A stretch of 32,000 nt of DNA from Clostridiales bacterium (GCA_004556155.1 SFIM01000009.1:28349-60348), one strand, 5' to 3'. Shown: positions 1-9,174, counted from the first letter of the stretch. The notes: generated by a model not told the origin, from the sequence alone. A program made the numbers and translations.

Positions 1-2
1 CT

Positions 3-89
3 GAGGATTTATTGGAAACGGTGCATCTGGGCATCGGCTTTGGCAGCGCGCAGGCAGTGGAGCAATGGCTTGAAACCTTTGAAAGTTGA
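3..89 (+). CDS. 3' end of an unidentified upstream CDS (partial)
   Basis: Frame 3 is open from the window edge and reads ...EDLLETVHLGIGFGSAQAVEQWLETFES, then TGA at 87-89. The sequence looks protein-like but is too short to name. Confidence 0.3.
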   Translation, partial: EDLLETVHLGIGFGSAQAVEQWLETFES

Positions 90-114
90 CATTCCCCGCG
101 CATCAGGGTATACT
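86..114 (+). promoter_or_regulatory. sigma-A type promoter for the carboxypeptidase gene
   Basis: TTGACA (86-91), a 17-nt spacer, then TATACT (109-114). An AAAGGAG RBS follows about 11 nt before the ATG at 155. Confidence 0.65.
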
Positions 115-154
115 GACAGGGTACTTTGACCATACCAAAGGAGCTATACAATAA

Positions 155-1459
155 ATGAGAAAAAACGGCGGAGCATCCTACCTGGGGCTGGCGGTCATCA
201 TCCTGTTGGTCATCGCCATCCTGTATGTGGGCATTTCTGCCCTGCAGGATCAGCGCGTTTATCAGCGCGAGGCGGCCATTACGCCCACACCCTCCATCAC
301 CCCGCGCACCGTGCGCATCACGGAGGATCCGGCCCTTCCCACCTCCACGCCCACGCCCTGCATCCTGCAAAAGAACTCCATCGGCATCGAAGTAAAGCAA
401 TTGCAACAGCGGCTCAAGGATTTGGGCTATTACAGCGGCGATGTGGACGGTCAGTACGGCACGGGCACGCAGACGGCGGTGACGGCTTTCCAGGCTCAGC
501 ATGGGCTGAAGGCCGACGGCGTAGCAGGCGAACAAACGCTGGCCATTCTGTATTCCGAATCGGCGCAGACCTTCGTGCCCACGCCCACCCCTTCGGCCAC
601 GCCCGCCATGCTGTCCTCCGGCTCCAGCGGCGATGAGGTAAAGGCCCTGCAGTCGCGGCTTCAGCAGTTGGGCTTTTATTCCGGCGTGCTGGACGGCGAT
701 TACGGCAAGGGCACGCGCGCGGCGGTGAAGCTGTTCCAGGCTCAGCACGGGCTGGATGACGATGGCATCGCCGGGCAAAAAACGCTGGAAATGCTCTATT
801 CCAACGATGCCCAGCCCATGCTCGTTACCCCCACGCCCGCAGCCGTGCAGGTGCTTGCCGGCAGCCAGCCCCTGCTGGTCAACCGCCAGCATCCGGTGGC
901 TTCGGACTTTGCGCCCGCCGACCTGGTAAACCTGTCGGAATACTGCGATTCTTCGCTGGTCAAAATCAAATACGACGGCACGCAGGGAGTTCGCGAAGCG
1001 GCGGACGCCCTGCTTCGTATGCTTGAGGCCGCCAAGGCGGACGGCATTACCAATTGGCAGGTCAGCGCCGCCTACCGCAGCTATGCCGATCAGCAGCGCA
1101 TCTTTGACAACAAGGTCAAAAGCTTCCAGAATAACAATCCCGATTGGAGCCTGTCTCGCTGCCGCTCGGCCGCCAGCGTCACCGTGGCCGATCCCGGCGC
1201 CAGCGAGCATCACACCGGCCTTGCCTTTGATATGACGGTGCCAAACACCAGCATGTTCCTGGGCACCCCGCAGTGCGCCTGGCTGCATGAGCATTGCTGG
1301 GAATACGGCTTTATCCTGCGCTATACAGATGAAAAGCAGCAGATCACCGGCTTTGCGGGCGAGGCGTGGCACATCCGCTATGTGGGCACGGAGCACAGCC
1401 TGGCCATGCAGCAAAGCGGCCAATGCCTGGAAGAATACCTGGGCGAAGTGCAGCAATGA
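155..1459 (+). CDS. membrane-anchored D-alanyl-D-alanine carboxypeptidase (VanY / peptidase M15B) with two peptidoglycan-binding repeats
   Basis: N-terminal TM helix (LGLAVIILLVIAILYVGISAL). Two PG_binding_1-like repeats (LQQRLKDLGYYSGDVDGQYG..., LQSRLQQLGFYSGVLDGDYG...) are separated by TPTP linkers. The C-terminal VanY motifs are SAAYRSYADQ, SEHHTGLAFD and EAWHIRYVG. Confidence 0.85.
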   Translation: MRKNGGASYLGLAVIILLVIAILYVGISALQDQRVYQREAAITPTPSITPRTVRITEDPALPTSTPTPCILQKNSIGIEVKQLQQRLKDLGYYSGDVDGQYGTGTQTAVTAFQAQHGLKADGVAGEQTLAILYSESAQTFVPTPTPSATPAMLSSGSSGDEVKALQSRLQQLGFYSGVLDGDYGKGTRAAVKLFQAQHGLDDDGIAGQKTLEMLYSNDAQPMLVTPTPAAVQVLAGSQPLLVNRQHPVASDFAPADLVNLSEYCDSSLVKIKYDGTQGVREAADALLRMLEAAKADGITNWQVSAAYRSYADQQRIFDNKVKSFQNNNPDWSLSRCRSAASVTVADPGASEHHTGLAFDMTVPNTSMFLGTPQCAWLHEHCWEYGFILRYTDEKQQITGFAGEAWHIRYVGTEHSLAMQQSGQCLEEYLGEVQQ

Positions 1460-1549
1460 AATGTTTTCTAATTTTTTTGAAAATCATGGGATGAAAACCC
1501 ATTTGATTTACGTCTTATAAGTGAAACCCAAATGAAAGGACACAAAACG

Positions 1550-2569
1550 ATGATGAAACGCTTTCTTTCCATCCTGCTTGTTCTGATGCTTCTACTCCCC
1601 GCTGCCGCGCTGGCGGATGGCGGCGATACCTTCGCCATGATCAGCCATCCCTCGGCCAAGTACATCACCCTGCGCGAAGGCCCCAGCGACAGCGCTGCTG
1701 CAATTGGCAAGTTCTACAATGGCACCTATGTCTGCATCGTATCCTCCTTCTATGACGCCACCTGGGCTAAAATCTCCGTCAATCCCATCGGCGTGCGCGA
1801 GTATTACACCGGCTATGTGAAGCGCGCCTTCCTGCAAATGGACTTCATCAACAACGCCGTCAAGTCCGCCGCCCCCATCATGAGCCTGCAGAGCCGCCAG
1901 GGCAAGGGCGTGCTGCTGCGCTCCACCCCCACCTTCATGGCCGATAACAGCAACCTGCTGGGCCTGTATGCCAACGGCACGCAGGTGCAGGTACTGGGCG
2001 ATATGGACAGCTGGTACTTTGTGCAGGTAGGCGGCCTGGTCGGCTTCATGGCCAAGACTGGCGTCACCAGCAAGACCGTTTCCGCCAGCACCACCTCCTC
2101 CAATCCCTACTGGAACAACGGCCCCGTTGGCTCCCACGTATCCGCCAGCTGGAACATCGCCGTGCCCACCAGCTACGCCATCGTCAACAACCCCTATCCG
2201 GGCGACCGCCTGAACCTGCGCCGCGAGCCCACCACCGACAGCTCTTCCCTGGGCAAGTACTACAACGGCGTCTATGTGGAAGTGCTCAGCACGCTGGATA
2301 ACGGCTTCACCCAGGTGCGCATCGGCAACCTGGTAGGCTATATGAAGGCCGAATACCTGACCACCAACTATGTGGCCAGCGCCATGCCGCTGCTCAAGAT
2401 CAACTCCTCCGGCAAGGTCAACCTGCGCGAACAGGCCAGCACCTCCAGCAATTCCCTGGGTCTGTATCCCAAGGATACCGAGGCCATCCTGCTGGGCTTC
2501 AACGGCAACTGGGCGCATGTCATCGTGGACGGCAAGATCGGCTTCATGCTGACCACCTATCTGAAGTAA
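1550..2569 (+). CDS. secreted protein with four bacterial SH3 (SH3b)-like repeats
   Basis: Signal peptide MMKRFLSILLVLMLLLPAAALA. Four repeats follow the pattern ...LR..P...S..LG.Y.NG..V.VL......W..V...G..GYM/FM. I prefer the ATG at 1550 (AAAGGA about 9 nt upstream) over the ORF-track start at 1532. Confidence 0.7.
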   Translation: MMKRFLSILLVLMLLLPAAALADGGDTFAMISHPSAKYITLREGPSDSAAAIGKFYNGTYVCIVSSFYDATWAKISVNPIGVREYYTGYVKRAFLQMDFINNAVKSAAPIMSLQSRQGKGVLLRSTPTFMADNSNLLGLYANGTQVQVLGDMDSWYFVQVGGLVGFMAKTGVTSKTVSASTTSSNPYWNNGPVGSHVSASWNIAVPTSYAIVNNPYPGDRLNLRREPTTDSSSLGKYYNGVYVEVLSTLDNGFTQVRIGNLVGYMKAEYLTTNYVASAMPLLKINSSGKVNLREQASTSSNSLGLYPKDTEAILLGFNGNWAHVIVDGKIGFMLTTYLK

Positions 2570-2583
2570 CGCCATCGTTTTTC

Positions 2584-2612
2584 GGGGCGGCTCGATATCG
2601 AGCCGCCCTTTT
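2584..2612 (+). terminator. rho-independent terminator after the SH3b gene
   Basis: Stem GGGCGGCTCGA (2585-2595) pairs with TCGAGCCGCCC (2598-2608), followed by TTTT. Confidence 0.8.
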
Positions 2613-2697
2613 CATTTGGCATAAAACGCCCCATCCGCACACACACTAAAGCGTGGCGGCATATCACGCCGCATGCTTTAAGATAGGAGAAATCAAC

Positions 2698-4536
2698 ATG
2701 TGCGGAATCGTTGGATACACCGGCAGCCGTCCCGCCGCGCCCATCCTGCTGGCAGGGCTGTCTCATCTGGAATATCGCGGGTATGACTCGGCCGGCCTGG
2801 CTGTGCGCGAGGGCGGCGGGGAAATTGAGATTGTCAAGACGCGCGGCCGCCTGCGCGCGCTGTATGATATGACCAACGGCGGTCAGGCGCTGCCGGGCGA
2901 CTGCGGCGTGGGGCATACCCGCTGGGCCACGCACGGCGCGCCCTCGGTGGAAAACGCCCATCCCCTGTGCAGCGACGACCGCACGGTGGTGGCCGTCCAT
3001 AACGGCATCATCGAAAATTATCAGGAACTGCGCGATAAGCTAACCCACGCAGGCTACGCCTTTCATTCCCAAACCGATACCGAAATCGTGGTCAAGCTGA
3101 TTCACTATTACGCGCGCAAATACGCCCTGGGGCCTGTGGACGCGCTGGCCCGCGCCATGTCGCGTATGCGCGGCTCCTATGCCCTGGCCGTGCTGTTTGC
3201 CGACGCGCCGGGCGAAATCTACGCCGCCCGCAAGGATAGCCCCATGATCCTGGCCCTGCGCGAGGGCGAGGGATATCTAGCCTCCGACGTGCCCGCCATC
3301 CTGCAATACGCCCGTGATGTTTATTACATTGGCAATCTGGAAATTGCGCGGCTGGGCAAAGGCACGGTAGCGTTTTTCAATATCGACCGTGAGCCGATTG
3401 AAAAGGCCCCCACGCACATCGATTGGGACGCCGAAGCTGCCGAAAAGGCAGGCTATGAGCACTTTATGATGAAGGAAATTCATGAGCAGCCCAAGGCTGC
3501 CCGCGATACCCTGCACGCGCTGATAAAGGATGATCAGATCGATCTGAGCGCCGCTGAGCTGGACGACGCTCTGCTGCGCGCTATCCGGCAGATTGTCATC
3601 GTCGCCTGCGGCTCTGCCTACCATGTAGGCGTGGCCGCGCAGTATATCATCGAGGATCTGTCGCGCATACCCGTGCGGGTGGAAATCGCCAGCGAGTTCC
3701 GCTACCGCAGGCCCATCTTAGGCGATGGCACGCTGGCCATCGTCATCAGCCAATCCGGCGAAACGGCAGACAGCCTGGCCGCGCTGCGTGAGGCAAAAGC
3801 GCATGGTGTGCGCACGCTGGGCATTGTCAACGTGGTGGGCTCCTCCATCGCCCGCGAGGCGGACAGCGTGCTCTACACCCTGGCTGGGCCGGAAATCGCC
3901 GTGGCCACCACCAAGGCGTACAGCACGCAACTGATTGCCTGCTACGCGCTGGCGCTGCAATTGGCGCAGGCTCACGGAACGCTGGGGGCCGAAGAATACG
4001 CTGCGATGATTGCCGAGATGCAGACGCTGCCGGACAAGATGTCACGGCTTTTAGAGGACAAGGCGCGCATTCAGTGGTTTGCAGCCAAGTTTGCCAACGC
4101 GCGGGATATTTTTTTCATCGGTCGCGGGCTGGACTACGCCATCAGCCTGGAAGGCAGCCTCAAGATGAAGGAAATCAGCTATATCCACTCCGAAGCCTAT
4201 GCCGCGGGGGAACTCAAGCATGGCGCGATCAGCTTAGTGGAACCGGGCACGCTGGTGATCGGCCTGGCTACCCAGCCCGCGCTGTATGAAAAGACGCTGA
4301 GCAATCTGGTAGAGGTTAAAAGCCGCGGCGCGTACCTGATGGGGCTGACTGCCTGCGGGCGCTATGCGCTGGAAGATACCGCCGACTTTACCGTGTATAT
4401 TCCGCAAACCGATGCGCATTTCGCCCCCAGCCTCGCCGTCATCCCCCTGCAGCTGCTGGCCTATTACGTCAGCGTAGCCAAGGGCCTGGATGTAGACAAA
4501 CCCCGCAACCTGGCCAAGAGCGTTACGGTGGAATAA
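2698..4536 (+). CDS. glmS: glutamine--fructose-6-phosphate aminotransferase (isomerizing)
   Basis: MCGIVGY N-terminal Cys nucleophile at the ATG at 2698, with GGAGA RBS upstream. A class-II amidotransferase domain is followed by two SIS domains (SQSGETADS), and the C-terminus is ...AKSVTVE. The ORF-track start at 2653 is a spurious extension. Confidence 0.95.
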   Translation: MCGIVGYTGSRPAAPILLAGLSHLEYRGYDSAGLAVREGGGEIEIVKTRGRLRALYDMTNGGQALPGDCGVGHTRWATHGAPSVENAHPLCSDDRTVVAVHNGIIENYQELRDKLTHAGYAFHSQTDTEIVVKLIHYYARKYALGPVDALARAMSRMRGSYALAVLFADAPGEIYAARKDSPMILALREGEGYLASDVPAILQYARDVYYIGNLEIARLGKGTVAFFNIDREPIEKAPTHIDWDAEAAEKAGYEHFMMKEIHEQPKAARDTLHALIKDDQIDLSAAELDDALLRAIRQIVIVACGSAYHVGVAAQYIIEDLSRIPVRVEIASEFRYRRPILGDGTLAIVISQSGETADSLAALREAKAHGVRTLGIVNVVGSSIAREADSVLYTLAGPEIAVATTKAYSTQLIACYALALQLAQAHGTLGAEEYAAMIAEMQTLPDKMSRLLEDKARIQWFAAKFANARDIFFIGRGLDYAISLEGSLKMKEISYIHSEAYAAGELKHGAISLVEPGTLVIGLATQPALYEKTLSNLVEVKSRGAYLMGLTACGRYALEDTADFTVYIPQTDAHFAPSLAVIPLQLLAYYVSVAKGLDVDKPRNLAKSVTVE

Positions 4537-4561
4537 GCGTCATCGCCACACCCTATCAAAA

Positions 4562-4602
4562 GCCGCCGGGCCGCCTCGAAAGCGAGACAGCCCGGCGCTT
4601 AT
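4562..4602. terminator. bidirectional hairpin between convergent glmS and the ABC binding-protein gene
   Basis: GCCGGGC (4565-4571) pairs with GCCCGGC (4590-4596), with an inner CTCG/CGAG stem. T-rich stretches flank it on both strands. Confidence 0.5.
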
Positions 4603-4620
4603 TATGTCGTTAAATATTGC

Positions 4621-5910
4621 TTACAGATCTTCCAGAATCTCGTTGATACGCTCGGCGCACTCCTGCAGCGTGGCCTCAACCGGCGCATTCTCACAGAAGA
4701 TCAGGCCCAGGGACTTCATCCATTCGTTGGTGCAGCTGCTGTAGTAGGTGCGGCTGTCCTGCGGCAGGATGTTGTCAACGCCTGCGAACATCCCCTGATA
4801 GGCAGGGGTCTTTTCAATCAGCGCATCATAGGCCTCGCCCTGCATGGCAGAGTAACGGCCAGGCATATAGCCGGAAATTTCCGCCCAGAACAGGCTGGCT
4901 TCGCCGCTGGTGACCCAGTTGGCAAACAGGAAACCGGCATTTTTCTGGGCCTGAGATGCCTTCTTGGGAATGACCAGATGGTTGCCGGACAGCAGCGTAT
5001 ACGCCTTATCGCCCACAGCCGGGAAGCCGCTGATATCAAACTCGAACGCGCCGTTGATCTTATCGCGGTAGGTGGTAATCAGCGAGCAGGTATGCACCAC
5101 GCCGAATACCTCCTGGTCCCAGAAATGCTGACGCATGTTCGTGGAAGCGCCCGAGCCATAGGCCCAATAGCAGTAGCCCTTGTCAATCCATTCGCGGATC
5201 TGCTTGGTAATCTCGATGGACTTCTCATCAGCCACGCCGCTGGTGCCGTCTTCCTTGATAATTTCCACGCCGTAGTTGGTAAAGAAGGTTTCAAAATACT
5301 GCGCGCCCCAGCCCGCAAAGATCATCGCCCAGCGCGCGGTGGTACCGTCGTCGTTGAATTTGGTCGTCTTCTGCATGAAGGCGTCCATATCCTCCCACTT
5401 TTCAGGCAGGGTGATTCCCTCGTTCTGCGCCACGGTCTTGTTGTAGTAGATCACCTGCGTGGAGGCCAGGAAGGGCAGGGAGTACATGTGGCCGTCCTCC
5501 TTGCGGGTGGCGGTTTCACGATAGCCCTTTACAAAATCGTTCTTATCAACGCCGTAGGCTTCCAGATAGGGCTCCAGATCCGTGCATACGCCGGAATCGA
5601 AGTACTCGGCCAGATAGCCGACGTTTACCTGCGATACGGCAGGGACAGAATCGGCCGCGTGGGCGGCGATCAGGTTTTCAGCCAGCACAGTGCCGCTGCC
5701 GATGTAGCGCGGAATCACGGTAATCAGGGGATACTGCTCATGAAACTTCTCGCACAGCACGTTGATGTCCTCGGTATACTGATCCTCGTTGCTGTGCCAC
5801 CATTCGATGGTGATCGGTTCGGTGACTGCGTAGGGGTTGTTCTCGGCCAGCGCGGCGCTCAGCGAGAGCGTCATCAGCAAGGCCAGGAGCAGCGCGGTAA
5901 TCTTCTTCAT
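4621..5910 (-). CDS. ABC transporter extracellular solute-binding protein (family 1, carbohydrate/CUT1 type)
   Basis: 429 aa with N-terminal signal sequence MKKITALLLALLMTLSLSAALA. It has the composition and length of a sugar SBP and is last in the permease operon. AAAGGAGA RBS precedes the start. Confidence 0.8.
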   Translation of the reverse strand: MKKITALLLALLMTLSLSAALAENNPYAVTEPITIEWWHSNEDQYTEDINVLCEKFHEQYPLITVIPRYIGSGTVLAENLIAAHAADSVPAVSQVNVGYLAEYFDSGVCTDLEPYLEAYGVDKNDFVKGYRETATRKEDGHMYSLPFLASTQVIYYNKTVAQNEGITLPEKWEDMDAFMQKTTKFNDDGTTARWAMIFAGWGAQYFETFFTNYGVEIIKEDGTSGVADEKSIEITKQIREWIDKGYCYWAYGSGASTNMRQHFWDQEVFGVVHTCSLITTYRDKINGAFEFDISGFPAVGDKAYTLLSGNHLVIPKKASQAQKNAGFLFANWVTSGEASLFWAEISGYMPGRYSAMQGEAYDALIEKTPAYQGMFAGVDNILPQDSRTYYSSCTNEWMKSLGLIFCENAPVEATLQECAERINEILEDL

Positions 5911-5972
5911 GGGGTTCTCCTTTCTCTTTTTAGGGTAACAGATTGCAAAGCGTCGCCGCTTAAGGCACGGTT

Positions 5973-7121
5973 TTACTTCATGCTTGCCTTGGACAGGCCG
6001 GTCATGATGTACTTTTGCAGCACCAGGAACAGCACCACAATGGGAACGATCGCCAGCACGGCGGCAGCCATGATTTCGTTGTAGTTGGATACCTCCAGTC
6101 CCGCAAAGGTCTGACGGATGTAGTTGATGCCCACAGCCAGGGTTCGGCGGCTGTTGTTATTTGTCACCATCTTCGGCCAGAAATAGCTGTTCCAGCCATT
6201 GATGAAGGTGATAATGGACACCGTAATCAGCGTCGGCTTGCACATGGGGCACAAAACATAGAAGATCGTGCCGATGCGTCCCATGCCGTCCACCTTGCCG
6301 GCTTCCAGATAGCTGTTATCCACGCTCATGAAGGTCTGGCGAAGCATGAAGATAAAGTAGGCCGATACGAGGTTCGGTACAATCAGGCCAGGGAAGGAGT
6401 TGATCCAACCCAGCTTGGCCACCATGACGTAAATGGGCACGAACGTCACCTGAATGGGAATCATCAGCGCTCCCAGCACCACCAGAAACAGTGTGTTTTT
6501 TCCCTTGAATTCGCCCTTGGAAAAGCCATAGGCAGCCAGGATGCCAATGCCCAGCTGGAAAACCATGATAAAGAATGTGCTGACAATAGTATTGAAGAAA
6601 TACAGTCCGAAGGGCGCGCGTTTCAGCACGTTGGGGTAGGTATCGAAGAACCACTGCTCCGGCCACAGGGTGGGCGTGGGAGCCAGCAGCTCGTCGCTGG
6701 CCTTGAATGAGGAAATAATCATCCAATAAATCGGAAACAGCATCACGATGGACACCAGCGTTGCGCCAATGGTCTGCGCCGCATGGCTGACCCTGCGCAT
6801 GGCAAGCTGACGGCGCACCGTCCGGTTGAGCACCGGGCTTACAAAGCGCATCAGCAGCAGGCCAATTACCGCATAGCCCGCAATCAGCGCCGCGATTACC
6901 GCCAGCACAGCGCGATTCTTGGCAAACCACCCCAGCGCCTCTGCGCGCTCGTAAGCGCCCATTTCAGCGGTAAAGCTCTTGGCTGTAATCCCATAGCTGA
7001 TCTGTCCCCCCAACGCGCCCAGTCCAATTGCCAGGGCAATGGCCAGCAGCTTGATCAGCACGTCAAACCAGCCGTGCATCTGCATACGCCGCAGTTGGGA
7101 AGCAAAATCCGTCTTTTTCAT
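5973..7121 (-). CDS. carbohydrate ABC transporter permease (MalG-like) with about 100 aa N-terminal extension
   Basis: EAA loop EAGKVDGMGRIGTIFYVLCPMCKP and a CUT1-type TM core starting near ...LFPIYWMIISSFK. The start is the ATG at 7121 (GGAGGAAAAACAG RBS); the track start at 7274 would overlap the upstream permease. Confidence 0.85.
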   Translation of the reverse strand: MKKTDFASQLRRMQMHGWFDVLIKLLAIALAIGLGALGGQISYGITAKSFTAEMGAYERAEALGWFAKNRAVLAVIAALIAGYAVIGLLLMRFVSPVLNRTVRRQLAMRRVSHAAQTIGATLVSIVMLFPIYWMIISSFKASDELLAPTPTLWPEQWFFDTYPNVLKRAPFGLYFFNTIVSTFFIMVFQLGIGILAAYGFSKGEFKGKNTLFLVVLGALMIPIQVTFVPIYVMVAKLGWINSFPGLIVPNLVSAYFIFMLRQTFMSVDNSYLEAGKVDGMGRIGTIFYVLCPMCKPTLITVSIITFINGWNSYFWPKMVTNNNSRRTLAVGINYIRQTFAGLEVSNYNEIMAAAVLAIVPIVVLFLVLQKYIMTGLSKASMK

Positions 7122-7135
7122 CTGTTTTTCCTCCC

Positions 7136-8329
7136 TTACTGGTCGTAATTGACGTTTTTGTTGGAATACTTCATTGTCAGCGTGGTAAAGGCCAGTAGCA
7201 CAAGGAAGAAGACCAGCGATGCAGCTGCCGCGCGATCCACGCGGAAATCCTTGAACGAGAGGTTGTACACCCACTGCACCATCACCATCGTCGCGTCGTA
7301 GGGACCGCCGGAGGTCATCACGTCCACCGACTGGAACACCTTCATGGAGCTGATAAAGGTGGTCACCAGCAGGAACAGCGTGGTCGGCGCTAGCATCGGC
7401 AGGGTGATAAAGCGGAAGCAGTGCATCTTATCAGCGCCGTCGATGGAGGCTGCCTCATAATAATCCTGCGGAATGCCCTTCATCGCGGAAAGATAAATCA
7501 TCATTGCGTAGCCCACCGTGCGCCAGAAGGTCAGCATCAGGATGCCCGCCAGCGCCGTGGAGGAATTGGCCAGCCAGTCCGGCCCGACAATGCCCAGCAG
7601 CCCCAGCGCCCAGTTGACAATGCCGTGCGGGCCGTTGAGCATCCACACAAAGATAATGGCGCTGGTGGAGGTGGCAATATACTTAGGCATGAATACCAGT
7701 GCACGCAAAGCGTTGAAATAGCGGGTCATCCGGTCAAAGAGCAGCGCCAGCAGCAGGCCGCCCGCCAGGGAGAAAAAAACCTCCCAGAAGGTGTAGCGCA
7801 GCGTAACCCACAGCGTGTTTTTCAGATACTTCCAGCCGGAGCCGGCGAAGAGCCATTTGTAGTTTTTAATGCCTACAAATTTGTATTCTTCCTTCATCAG
7901 GTTCCAGTTGGTAAAGCTGATGCGCACCAGATCCAGCAGCGGATAGTATACAAACAGCGCCAGGGCAATCAGCGCGGGCAGCACGCAGGTAAAATCGCGA
8001 TAGCGCTCCCAGTGCTGACCCAGCAGCATGTATGCGTTCAGCAGCAGCAGCAAGCCAATGAGCATCACCACAACCGCAAACTTTACCGAGTAATAAGCCG
8101 CCGTATCGCCAAAGGAAAGGGGCTGGCCGGTGGAAAGGTACTCCGCGTATACGCTTTTCAGGCGGCTGTTGATGCTGGCAAAGGCCGGCAGCTGCAAATC
8201 GCCGATCAGGAAGCAGAACACGCCCAGCAGCAAAATCAGCGCGCCTGCCGCAAAGAGAACGGTGGAGAGCGTTTTTTGCTTTTTTTGAATGCGGACGGGG
8301 GGCAGCGGTCGGATTTCAGCGGCTTTCAT
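7136..8329 (-). CDS. carbohydrate ABC transporter permease (MalF-like) with about 110 aa N-terminal extension
   Basis: EAA loop EAASIDGADKMHCFRFITLPMLAP in a multi-TM protein. The ATG at 8329 follows GGAGGAG and overlaps the HAD gene stop (ATGA). Confidence 0.85.
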   Translation of the reverse strand: MKAAEIRPLPPVRIQKKQKTLSTVLFAAGALILLLGVFCFLIGDLQLPAFASINSRLKSVYAEYLSTGQPLSFGDTAAYYSVKFAVVVMLIGLLLLLNAYMLLGQHWERYRDFTCVLPALIALALFVYYPLLDLVRISFTNWNLMKEEYKFVGIKNYKWLFAGSGWKYLKNTLWVTLRYTFWEVFFSLAGGLLLALLFDRMTRYFNALRALVFMPKYIATSTSAIIFVWMLNGPHGIVNWALGLLGIVGPDWLANSSTALAGILMLTFWRTVGYAMMIYLSAMKGIPQDYYEAASIDGADKMHCFRFITLPMLAPTTLFLLVTTFISSMKVFQSVDVMTSGGPYDATMVMVQWVYNLSFKDFRVDRAAAASLVFFLVLLAFTTLTMKYSNKNVNYDQ

Positions 8330-9003
8330 GGGCACTCCTCCTTTGGCGTATCGCCGGGAACATCTTCGTCCTCTATCAGCGCTTTGCGCAGCGCATCCAT
8401 GCTTGCATATTGGTATGGTGTCGGGGCCTGGCCTTGGCAAAAGCCCTCCGGGTCAAACAGCGCCCCCTGCATTCCTGCATTCAGCCCTGCCTGCACGTCC
8501 AACACACGATCGCCCACCATCACCGCCCTGTCGGGTTCCAGGCCATGCTTACTGATCATGTGCAGCAGCGCGTCCGGAGCCGGCTTGCGCGGAAAATGAT
8601 CGTCCTTTGTAATAAAATCGCTGAAATATGGCTTCAGTCCATAATGCTCCAGCGCGTCGATGGAGGCATGATCCCGATGCGAATACAGATAGTTTTTCCC
8701 GCCGTGCTCGCAGACGGCGCGCAGCGTCTCGCGCGTGCCGGGATAGGGCCGCATGACCTCCAGTGTTTCCTCCTGCGGTGCGAAGGCATAATATGCATCC
8801 AGAATGTCCTGCGCCGCCGTGCCATAGCGCTGCTCCAGCTGCTTTGCGGCCCAGCCGAGAGAGTGCTTGGTCAGCCAGCGCAGCTCGTCAAAGGCAATCT
8901 CGATTCCGTTTTGCTGCGCCGCGCGGTGATACGCCCGTGCAACCGCATCATAAGTATCAAAAAGCGTACCATCATAATCCCATATAAAGTAGGAAAACTT
9001 CAT
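8326..9003 (-). CDS. HAD-superfamily hydrolase (phosphatase / beta-phosphoglucomutase-like subfamily IA)
   Basis: Motif I is FIWDYDGTLFDT and the C-terminal motif is MVGDRVLDVQAG. The start is the ATG at 9003 (MKFSYFIWDYDG). It is the first gene of the ABC operon. Confidence 0.8.
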   Translation of the reverse strand: MKFSYFIWDYDGTLFDTYDAVARAYHRAAQQNGIEIAFDELRWLTKHSLGWAAKQLEQRYGTAAQDILDAYYAFAPQEETLEVMRPYPGTRETLRAVCEHGGKNYLYSHRDHASIDALEHYGLKPYFSDFITKDDHFPRKPAPDALLHMISKHGLEPDRAVMVGDRVLDVQAGLNAGMQGALFDPEGFCQGQAPTPYQYASMDALRKALIEDEDVPGDTPKEECP

Positions 9004-9062
9004 ATTCACTTCGCCTTTCCTGTGCGCATTTTTTGCATCATTTATCATTTGTTCGCATTTAT

Positions 9063-9082
9063 ATTGGTCTGTCAAGACCAAT
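9063..9082. promoter_or_regulatory. perfect 20-bp palindrome, candidate LysR-type operator
   Basis: ATTGGTCT-GTCA-AGACCAAT. It lies in the divergent LysR / HAD-ABC intergenic region, and read on the minus strand its centre contains TTGACA. Confidence 0.45.
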
Positions 9083-9108
9083 TTCTGGCCAAAATATACC
9101 ATGTGCTC

Positions 9109-9137
9109 TTGTTTTCTGTCAAATTCGATGTTACAAT
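9109..9137 (+). promoter_or_regulatory. sigma-A type promoter for the LysR gene
   Basis: TTGTTT (9109-9114), a 17-nt spacer, then TACAAT (9132-9137) preceded by a TGT extended -10. Confidence 0.5.
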
Positions 9138-9174
9138 ACATCTATAATTAAAACTTATGGAAGCAGGAGTGCAT

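Noticed and set aside
1592-2575. Long antisense or shadow ORFs throughout the window. Examples are 1592-2575(-), 4978-6084(+), 7421-8599(+), 9914-11035(-), 14023-14961(-), 18367-19590(+), 20177-21901(+), 22392-23171(-), 29219-30256(-) and 30433-31998(-).
   Set aside because: Each lies opposite a gene with clear family motifs. Their translations are Arg/Ala/Gly/His-rich low-complexity strings typical of stop-codon-poor frames in high-GC DNA, and they have no RBS or recognisable domains.
2613-2697. Possible glmS ribozyme upstream of glmS.
   Set aside because: Only about 85 nt lie between the upstream terminator and the start codon, too short for the ~170-nt ribozyme. I could not find its conserved core segments, so this is treated as a plain promoter/leader.
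5973-7274. N-terminally extended ORF-track versions of several genes: 5973-7274, 7136-8440, 8326-9141, 15405-16361, 17689-18228, 19593-20333, 20174-21967, 22011-23504 and 2653-4536.
   Set aside because: The extensions overlap upstream genes or lack an RBS. Internal ATGs with strong Shine-Dalgarno sequences match the expected family N-termini.
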